DNA of 60,591 nt, the filler included, from Squatina squatina (lineage: Eukaryota), in assembly GCA_031763465.1 (NCBI GenBank). It is 4 parts of 4 records of this genome, joined end to end, with 100 filler letters (N's around TTAATTAATTAA, not from the genome) between each part and the next. Parts side by side here need not be neighbours in the genome. Positions count along the whole stretch, not along the records: positions 43,855 to 60,591 come from JARFOE010000073.1; 3 more parts are not named here. The stretch is one strand, 5' to 3'. The position numbers and the translations under genes are program-made. The notes below the pieces were generated by a model. That model was not told where the DNA came from and ran no database searches. It saw only the letters and a program-made list of their open reading frames with translations. Numbering within the stretch: the stretch's first letter is position 1; the number at the start of each line of letters is the position of its first letter. Positions 50,116-60,591 of the stretch are shown here, piece by piece.

Positions 50116-50832
50116 TACATCACCATTCATGGATCTGAAGGTTTGGAAAGAGCTATTCTGAGCCTTGTTACCTCATTGGCAGGTAGACCTTCAGTTAGCA
50201 TCAGCAGCTTGTGGCACAATCGAATGAATGGCATGTGGATTCAAACTTTGTACGTAGATCTTCCAATGATGCTAAGTGCACACGTATGCAGCCCAATGAA
50301 GACACCCCTGAGGTGGAGGGTTACACAGGGTGAGATCCCCTACTGGATATAGACTAGCCAAAATGTTCTACCTGCAATAGCCTAGCTTGGCTGCCCAGTT
50401 TCAGACCTCCTTCCCTCTTCACAAACGGACAGCTGGAAACCATCCCCGAGCTCCGACCAAGCACAGAGGCTTTTTTGTTCCCCTTGCAGTGGGTCCATCT
50501 TTTAGACAGGTGGCCAAGATGTTTTGAGTAGTCAACTTCCAATTGTTTTCTCCCCAATGATTGAGAGATTGATTTTTTTGTTAGGGCTTCTGGGATCCAG
50601 CGGACAGGAAGTTAGAGCCATGCAAAGCCCCACAGGTTAGATTGGTTGTCCATCTTCCTGCCCACAGGGTTACGAGGACTTGATTTTGAGTCTAAGTAGC
50701 TATGGAAACATTGGAAGAGAATCTTGTCAAGAAATAAAGAAGGGGGAGATTATAATTATAACTGAACAAGTCCCAAATAATTTGATCTCAAAGTCAGATC
50801 TAATAAATTCTTCTATATAGGGATCCTGATCA

Positions 50833-51129
<297 letters not shown>

Positions 51130-51604
51130 TCAGGTAAAGTAGCTTAACAGTAAATGTCCCATACTATCTCCCAGAGACAGCCGGTTCCCAAGCATCTACC
51201 AATACTGGCCCTGGGTCAGTCACCAGAGGCTGCACAAGAGCATCTTGGACTGCACTACATTCAGATTGTCCATCCTCATGAGTCAACACATCACCTCAGC
51301 ACAGCACCTCTCCACTGGCCTGAACAAGCATGCCCACACATTGCTCGAAGGAGCGCGTTTGTGCAGCCCAGCATCACTCTAGCGCTGGNNNNNNNNNNNN
51401 NNNNNNNNNNNNNNNNNNNNNNNNNNNNNNNNNNNNNNNNNNNNNNNNNNNNNNNNNNNNNNNNNNNNNNNNNNNNNNNNNNNNNNNNTAATCCAGTTAA
51501 GTCCAGTCAGGACAGGACTTTCGAGTGGCTAGAACAGACTATTGGCACTCTCTATAGTTCACTAGTGCGAAGACACAGCTTGGCTGTTCACCAAGGAGAC
51601 CTCA

Positions 51605-51907
<303 letters not shown>

Positions 51908-52488
51908 TCAGTTCCCATTCACAAATATGTGGCTTGCAAGAAAGGAACCAGCGATCTACAAACCACCTGTTCCACAATGTCCAACAAGGCAGCAGGACAT
52001 TGGTTACCAGTATTTTCAAACTTGTTTTTTTTTTAAATTAAGCAACTTAAGCAAGCTCAGTCTGCCCTACCTTGCATTACTTACTCACAGAATATGGGCA
52101 TCCCTAACAAATGAGTTTCTTGCTAAACCATTTCAGAGGACAGTTAAGAGTCAACCAAAGAGTTACCCTTTGTCCTTCCCACCTCCCCTCCCACCCCCCA
52201 CCCCTTTGCCTGTCAGTGCTTTAAAACTTGCTGTATTTCTGACTTTTTTCAGTTCTAACGAAGGGTCATTGACCCGAAACGTTGACTCTGTTTTTCTCTC
52301 CACAGATGCTGCCTGACCTGCTGAGTTTTTCCAGNNNNNNNNNNNNNNNNNNNNNNNNNNNNNNNNNNNNNNNNNNNNNNNNNNNNNNNNNNNNNNNNNN
52401 NNNNNNNNNNNNNNNNNNNNNNNNNNNNNNNNNNTCATATGTTAACTTTCTGTGAGGGTATCTAAATCTCTCTGGTCACCAACATTTA

Positions 52489-52923
<435 letters not shown>

Positions 52924-53125
52924 TCACCAAACACAAGTTCAACTTTGGGATGGTCATCAACCGTGCAATTGGCAGCCGGGGTCACTGGTCTGGCACAAAC
53001 TAGTACAAAAGCAGACTCACGCTGAAGGGTTTATCTGATCAGGGGTTGAAGAAGATTCTCGAGGAGAAACTGTTCTTTGCCAGTGGGAAAGAAAACCAGG
53101 CACAAATTAAACCAAGCTGCAGTTT

Positions 53126-53414
53126 CACCGCCAGCCCGCTCACTGACCTCACCAATGGCCCACTCGCCGACGTCGCCGCCAGCCCGCTCACCGACCTCAC
53201 CGACAGCCCACTCGCCGACCTCACCGACGGCCCACTCGCCGACCTCACCAATGGCCCACTCGCCGACCTCACCGACAGCCCACTCGCCGACCTCACCAAT
53301 GGCCCACTCGCCGACCTCACCAATGGCCCACTCGCCGACCTCACCGACAGCCCACTCACCGACCTCACCAATGGCCCACTCGCCGACCTCACCGACAGCC
53401 CACTCACCGCCCTC
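53126..53414. repeat. 24-bp minisatellite, about 12 visible copies, runs into gap
   Basis: Unit CTCACC(A/G)A(T/C)(G/A)GCCCACTCGCCGAC; 8-aa periodicity in the ORF track. Confidence 0.95.
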
Positions 53415-53514
53415 NNNNNNNNNNNNNNNNNNNNNNNNNNNNNNNNNNNNNNNNNNNNNNNNNNNNNNNNNNNNNNNNNNNNNNNNNNNNNNNNNNNNNN
53501 NNNNNNNNNNNNNN

Positions 53515-53622
<108 letters not shown>

Positions 53623-53844
53623 TTACACTGGCGCACAGGCAGACAGTCTCACTGCTGGAACGTTTCAAACCCAAGAATAAAAACTAGCCAATTCTCTAAT
53701 GGGGTGAAATGGTAGGTCACTGCTTCAGAAATCAAACCATGAAGAAAAAGGTCATCAGGAAGATCTCTGGTCTGTACCAAGTCAGTTAATATCAGTTATG
53801 GGAAAAAATATCGTCACTTCTATTGGCCAGGGATTTCCCTCTTA

Positions 53845-54434
53845 TATGAACATAGGAATAGAAGGTTGAGTAGTCGGCCAGTCGAGCCTGATCCACCATT
53901 AACAAGATCATGGCTGATCTTTTGCCTCAACGACACCTTTCCGTACTATCCCCATATTCCTAGATTCCCTTCATATCCAAAAATCCATCAATCTCTGTCT
54001 GGATACTCAATGACAGAGCATCCACAGCCCTCTGGGGTAGAGAATTCCTAAGATTCACTACCCTTTAAGTGAAGAAATTTTTCCTCATCTCAGTCCCAAA
54101 TGGCCGACCCCTTATCCTGAGACTGTGACCCCCTGGTTCTAGACTCTCCAGCCCGGGGGAAACATCCTCTCAGCATCTACCCTCAATCTGATATGTTTCA
54201 ATGAGATTAGTCCTCATTCTTCTGAACTCCAGAGATTATAGGCCCATTCTACTCAATCTCTCCTCATAGCACAACTGTCTCGTCCCAGGGATCAATCTAG
54301 TGAACCTTTGTTGCACCGCCTCTAAGGTAAGTATATCCTTCCTTAGATAAGGAGAACAAAACTGTGCCCAGTACTCCAGGTGTGGTCTCACCAAAGCCCT
54401 GTACAATTGTAGTGAGACTTCCTTACACTTATAC
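53845..54434 (-). mobile_element. CR1 LINE ORF2 C-terminal fragment
   Basis: LYRALVRPHLEYWAQFCSPYLRKDILTLEAVQQRFTRLIPG...YEERL. Confidence 0.9.
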
Positions 54435-54534
54435 NNNNNNNNNNNNNNNNNNNNNNNNNNNNNNNNNNNNNNNNNNNNNNNNNNNNNNNNNNNNNNNNNN
54501 NNNNNNNNNNNNNNNNNNNNNNNNNNNNNNNNNN

Positions 54535-55700
54535 GAGCAGTGAGCTGGGTGTCATCAGTCTGCATGTCAAAGATGATTCTCATGTCTTTGGAAGCTATCG
54601 CCAATGTGCAGCATGTAGATGGGGAAGAAAAGTGGGCAAGTATTGATGTTTGGGGAACTCCAGAGGTAACGGCGCGGGTGTGGGAAGAGAAGCCATCTCT
54701 GGATAATCCTCTGGCTACAATCTGATAGGGAAGAGTGGAACCAGACATGGGGAGTCCTGCTCAGCCGGACAATGGAGGAGAAGTGTTGGGGGAGGGTGGT
54801 ATGGTCAACTATGTCAAAGGCTGCAGGGAGGTCAAGGAGAGCGTGATGGGAAAAGTGACAGTCGTGGAGGATGTTATTTGTAAATTTGATTAAGGTCACT
54901 TCGGTGCTGTGCCAGGGGCAGAAACCTGATCGGAGAGTTTCAAATATGGGGCTGTGAGAAAGTCGGACATGAATGTACAAGGCAACAACATATTCAGGGA
55001 TGTTGGGGAGGAAAAGGAGGTTTGAGATGGAATGGTAGTTTGCAAAGGGTTGAAGGCGGTCTTTTGGAGGAAAGTATTGATGATGGCTATTGTAAAAGCG
55101 AGAGGGACTGTAACTGCGGAGAGGTGAATGGTTTGCAATGTCAGCTCGAATGGGAGCTACAAAGGAAGTTGAGTGGTCAGCAGTTTAATGGGATTGGGGT
55201 TAAGGAAGTAGGAGGTGGGTCTCACGGATAAGATGAGCTTGAAGGAGATAAACTAGAGAAAGATGGGGAATTCAGGAGGGAGCCTATGTGGGATGGTTTG
55301 GTGGGCAAGGTGAAAGGGAGGGATGCAGCAGAGGCAGCTGAACGAATGGTGTCAATCTTTGTCCCAAAGGAGTTCATGAGCTCCTTGCACTTGTTGTTGG
55401 AGGTGAGAGTGGAGGAGGCAGGGGAGTTGGGTTCAGGGAGATGATTGGTGGTGGAAGCAAGATCCTTGGCGTAGTGGGTAGTTCCCAAGAGGAGAATGAG
55501 GCACAATAGCACTTGATGTGGTCCAGCCAGATCTGGTGATGGGTGACAAAACTAGTCTGTGCCCCTTGGACCTGAGGGAGCTCTGATGGGCTCCATACCA
55601 GTGGTGTGGTGTGTATTGGCGTGAATCATGATGGGAATCAGATATTTCCTGCTTCTCATCATCCCATTGACACACAGCTTGGATTTTGTTTCATCCACCT
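54535..55700 (-). mobile_element. L2 LINE reverse transcriptase fragment, degenerate
   Basis: SGFCPWHSTEV, LLDLPAAFDIVDH, GVPQTSIL and MQTDDTQL (decayed YADD) spread across frames. Confidence 0.88.
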
Positions 55701-55924
55701 CCACAGTATTTTTTATTATGCGTCGTTGAATTCCTCCCCACAGTTTTCTCCTCGCCTACCTTGAATTACTCTCACTGGGGTGGGGGTTTCAGAGGCACTG
55801 TCTGCTCCCTAAACCAAGTGACCATTCTTCACTTGTGAATCCAGAGAGAGTGTCAGCAGTATATTCAACCAAGAGCGGTATCACAGTCGGACCCAATATT
55901 GCCTCCTCGGGATCTCACCCAATT

Positions 55925-56147
55925 TCTACACAGACAGGCACACACACAAACACCACACATGGATCAACACAGGCACACACACATATGCAGTCACACACAT
56001 GAACAGTCTCACACACACAGACACAGATATACAGGCACACACATGAACAGACACACACACATAGACACATGAACACACACCCACATGAACAGACACACAC
56101 ATGAACAGTCACACACATGAATAGTCACAGACACATGAACAGTCACA
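55925..56147. repeat. CA-rich simple repeat
   Basis: Repeated ACACACATGAACAG-type units next to a gap. Confidence 0.9.
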
Positions 56148-56692
56148 NNNNNNNNNNNNNNNNNNNNNNNNNNNNNNNNNNNNNNNNNNNNNNNNNNNNN
56201 NNNNNNNNNNNNNNNNNNNNNNNNNNNNNNNNNNNNNNNNNNNNNNNCACCATCAATAAAAGTTGTCATTCCTTTGGCTGCAATCCTGTCATTAATTAAG
56301 ACCACCCTTTCTCCCTTTCATCTTCTCCAGCTCTCCTAAAAAATTTACAGCCTGGAATATTTACTTCTCAGTCTTGCCCTGGCTAAAGCCAAGTTTCCAC
56401 CAAGGCTGCATCATGTCGCTCCTTTCTAATTAGCTTTATTTTTTAATGGTTTACACATTTGCTGATAAATACATTAGCCTTGCCACAGTCATACCTCCCC
56501 TTTTATTTCTAAGCTTCCCCTTAGCCTCTCCCCCATCCTCCCTACGGTACACCTCTACACCCCGGACAGATATTGCTAGATTAGCATTAAACTCACATCT
56601 CCCAAGACACAGTGTAATCCCACTACATTGTTTACTGCCTCAATTTTCATGCAGAAAAAAAAAAGATTAATAGCACATTTCTTAGTTTCTAT

Positions 56693-56698
56693 TTTATT
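56693..56698 (-). terminator. Candidate ZZEF1 polyadenylation signal
   Basis: AATAAA on the minus strand about 1.1 kb after the stop, followed by a T-rich tract. Confidence 0.45.
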
Positions 56699-57829
56699 GA
56701 ACATTACCAAGTTGGCATATTATTTAAAAGAGCTCAGCAAATATTACAACTGAGTGAATATTTTAAACTTATCCATTATTTTCAACTGCATAATTGATAC
56801 CCGCATCACATAATATTGACAGCATTATACATTCAAAATTCTATGCAGCATTGGAATTGGGGGCGGGTTGTAGAGGGGAAAAGATGGAAGCAAAAAAATC
56901 TTTCTGCTTCAAAAACGGTACAAAGTTAGAAATGGCACTATAAGCTAGAACTAACTTAAATAAAAAATAAGCTCGAATAATTAAATGAAAATTACACATA
57001 CTCTATGACAGAGACAACAGGTGTCAGGCACATGTTCTTCTGATTTTTTTTCTCTAGGCCTTTTACAGTTCTGCTGGGTGAGGAGAGTGAAGAGTGGGGA
57101 CAATCAGGAACTTGAGGACTTGTTCAAATGTAATACAGACTATTTTATTCAGTGAATATGTGACCTTTCCAACCAGTGATTTATCTCTGCCAGATACTCA
57201 AATGATGATTTAAGTAACCACTTACCAAGCTGGTAAAGATTTCTACTTTGGTACACATGAAAAAAAGTTTACCTTCATAAAAGGATAATTACCTTCCTAC
57301 TACTGTAAAAATCCAACCATCAGCAGCAAAATCCACAACTTCAGTGCCAGAAATAAACGATCGATTCCACGTGAAACTTCAATTATAGGTGAGCTATGAG
57401 TCGTGCGGTGGGTGGGTGGGCGTGGACAGGTTGAGTTTATCTTTACTTTGCGTCCAGTTAACTGCCAGGTCCTGAACACAATGTGGTAGAAGCGTTTGCA
57501 ACAGAAGCTGATCAACGGAAAGCGACCTTAAACCATCAGTGGACAGCAAGAGGAATTCAAGTCTGAATTTCAGTAAACACAGAACCCTGGGGTTTTCAGG
57601 GAGCACTCATAAGGGCGTTGGGGGCAGGGGCGGGTGGGGGAGGAGGTCTCGTCACAGTGCATGGAAGCAGAGGGAGAGAAGAAATAGTGAGGGACAATGA
57701 GCACATCACTTCAGAAAGTGCAAAGTCTGAGTACATCTGAACAGTCATTTGCTGTGTGATGTAATTCCCAGACGACTGTGCTTCTCTCAGTTCCGTTGAC
57801 TCGGTGGTCTGAAGATGCCATGAACTTCA

Positions 57830-57922
57830 TTAAGCCGGTGATGTCGACTGTTCACTCAGGAGCTTGGTAGCTTTATTCTGATAGTTAATCGCGAGGCTGA
57901 TGGCAGCAATATTCTTCAGTGC
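57830..57922 (-). CDS. ZZEF1: ZZEF1 last coding exon
   Basis: tttctttcag|ALKNIAAISLAINYQNKATKLLSEQSTSPA*; matches recalled C-terminal NIAAISLAINYPNKAT; adjacent to ATP2A3 as in human; absent from the ORF track. Confidence 0.92.
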   Translation of the reverse strand, partial: ALKNIAAISLAINYQNKATKLLSEQSTSPA

Positions 57923-58137
57923 CTGAAAGAAAAATCAAACATTTTCAATTTGAAATTCCTTCAATGGTGCAGGCAAACCCACACACACGCACGCCTTGGA
58001 AGCTAGCATCGTGATAAAATCCCAAACTATTAGTGTGTATACTGTAGAAGAGCAGCAAATGCATTGTGTTCTGCTCTTTTGGTTCAATAACTTGAGCATA
58101 CTGAACAGAGAATGTACTGAATAAAATTAGTGTGCGA

Positions 58138-58357
58138 GTGTCCTGACCGATACTTATCCCTCAACAATCGCTACTGGAACAGATCATCTGGTCATTATGA
58201 CGTTGCAATTCATGGGACCTTGCTGTGTGCAAATTGGCTGCCTCGTTTCCTACATTACAACACTACACTTCAAAAGTACTTCTTTGGCTATAAAGTGCTT
58301 TAAGATGTCCAAGAGTTGTGAAAGGCATTATATACATGCAAGTCTTTCTTTTTCTTT
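58138..58357 (+). mobile_element. Deu-SINE (SacSINE1-like) 3' half
   Basis: Colinear with 44039-44248. Confidence 0.8.
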
Positions 58358-60591
58358 CTATGGTATAATGCAACACAGTTACATTAGCTTCATCTTAGCA
58401 ACACACTACCCAACAATATTTGGGTGGCTACCATCATTAGTCATCTGATAGAGGGAAGATGTGTCTGCAATTANNNNNNNNNNNNNNNNNNNNNNNNNNN
58501 NNNNNNNNNNNNNNNNNNNNNNNNNNNNNNNNNNNNNNNNNNNNNNNNNNNNNNNNNNNNNNNNNNNNNNNNNTTAAGTTAAGCCCAACAAAAATATGAA
58601 CACACCAAAGTCCAGTCAATGATTAATTTTTTTTTTAAATGGTCGAATTAAAAGGGGATTTTGATCTGAAGTTGCCAATATAACCAATTTAATAAAATTA
58701 CATATCTGCCATTAAAACCAGCTGCCTGGATATTCTGCTGCGACAAAATTACCCTTGATCAGCCTGCACCTCCTTTGTGGTAGGCACACACCAGGCGATA
58801 AAGAAAGCTCTCTGCTGCCCTCAAAACTGAGCTGTACAAGATGCTGTGGTTTGCATTCACTTCCTTTGCACAGCTGTCAATGAACTCTAAACTGTCTTGG
58901 TAACAGAATGGCAGTAATTCATCCATTTGAGTTAATTTTTATTCAATTTAATTTCCTCTCTCCAACCAGACTTTAAATACAAACTGAAAACACAGGCACC
59001 AGGAAGCTTTTATCTGGGAATCCTATTGACAGAATGGTTATCTTACGAGTGTTTGCATTGAAACGTCAACAGTCAATAACTTGGTATGGGAACGCAAGTG
59101 AGAGAATGCAGACTGCACGAGCCTGTTGCTAGTGTGTAGGCTGCTCATGGTTGCTAAGCTGATGTCATAAAGGTTTCCTCCTCTTTGAATTAGTTACGGC
59201 TGTCACACACAGGCAGTCCAGTAGCAAAGTACAGCTAGTGTGTTCATGTGTATTGTTATAGAGTTGGTGGGGGGTGGGGGTTTAACATTCGCATTCCTTC
59301 GGGTAACAGTAAGGAGAGGTTCTGAACAATGAGATAAAGGAATTCAAAATTATGCAGAGTTTTGATAAGGTAAACCAGGGAAAAAGGATTTTCACTGGCT
59401 GGTGAATCAGAGGACTAGACGGTTTTGGAATATGGAATGATCTGCCACAAACAATGGGGGAAGCAGAAATGGATAAATATTTCAAAAAAGAAAATAATTA
59501 AGAGTATGGCGAAAGGGCAGGAGAATGGGAGTGATTAGACAGCTCTTTCAAAGAGCTGGTTGAGTCGCTTCCCTGTGCTGTACAAGTCTGTGAAGGGCAA
59601 AGGAATGCTTCCCCTCCCTGAGAAATGAATGTGATGCAGGACATCTTACTGAAGGAGTAGAATGCTGAAACGGTTGAAATGTTTATCACCTGGAAGATCC
59701 AGTTGTGCAAAGTATTGGTGTACACTCTCATACATAACAGCGGCAAGCAGCATTTTCCCCATGATCCCCTGATCCACGTGTTCCGAATTTTGGGCAGATT
59801 GCCAGGCAGGGTGCAGATAATAAACTGGGCAGTTTCCCCAGCGGCTGCCATGCACCTGTCAGTTATCAGCTACAGATGGGCAGTGCCAGGGCTCGGGCTG
59901 CGAATCATCAAGCCCATCATGGCTGCCAGACAATGGTATAGATCACTGGGGGGTGGAAAAGCAACAAAAGGGCAAATATCAAGATCCAAAAGACAGCGAG
60001 AAGCGCCTATGAGGAGATGCAACAACTAAAGGAAGATATAATTTGGTGCCAGTGGTTAAGGCACTGCAAGTCAACTCTTGTGATCTACATCCCCATTTCT
60101 TTGAATCTAGGATCTTTCCACAGGGGGAGGCAGGCAGTACATTAACCCAACAAATCAAATTTAGTTTGACAGTTGTATAAAAAAAAAATCACTGACATTT
60201 AAGCTGATCAGTTCACTTAATCTTGCTCACAAAGGAGTAAATTACCAGAGTTTATTATCTTAATCACATAACTTCATGGGTGGATCCACTCGTAAATAAG
60301 CCAAACTGGGTGCTGCACCCAAAGGTGTGTTTTCACAAAAACCTGTTTCTTTATTTCTCTCAGCAATTAAATCAGTCAGTAAGAATCACATGTCCGAAAG
60401 TTGAAGAGGAACTGGATTATCTTTTGGTAAAAATGTTCCTCGGAGGCTTACAAATTGCACAGGTTTATTTAGAATTTAATTTGCCATGTTTTTTTTTATT
60501 AATGATAGAGTATGTAGTGAAAGGATATGGAGCCACTGAACATTTGAAACATGCCTTGACTACGCTAAAAATTGTTTAGCACGTTTCAACT

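Noticed and set aside
59690-59855. AG/GT-bounded segment as a further ZZEF1 exon
   Set aside because: No frame resembles the ZZEF1 sequence I recall, and the acceptor lacks a polypyrimidine tract

Overview
This is eukaryotic vertebrate DNA, very probably a shark or other cartilaginous fish, judging by SacSINE1/Deu-SINE, LF-SINE, CR1, L2 and Penelope-like repeats. It comes from a gappy draft assembly and is not one locus. Three artificial N44-TTAATTAATTAA-N44 linkers join four scaffolds. (1) 1-13102: 5' region and coding exons 1-4 of fibrillin-2 (+). (2) 13203-26495: partial IQUB (-), NDUFA5 (-) and ASB15 (+), in the order I recall for human 7q31. (3) 26596-43754: no recognisable host exon, only repeats and candidate conserved non-coding elements. 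(4) 43855-60591: last exon of ZZEF1, four exons of ATP2A3/SERCA3, one AGFG2-like exon and the first coding exon of an FBA-type F-box gene (all -), plus one orphan + strand exon candidate. The 100-N gaps are placeholders that hide many exons. Most ORF-track entries are N read-throughs or repeat fragments. I found no convincing new biological system. The best leads are an F-box gene starting about 740 bp downstream of an internal AGFG2-like exon on the same strand and contig, a ~250-bp degenerate palindrome upstream of FBN2, and a solo LTR with CTCF-like motifs nested in a DNA element inside ASB15. Gene identities rest on my manual translation and recalled homologues, not database searches. Repeat boundaries are approximate.
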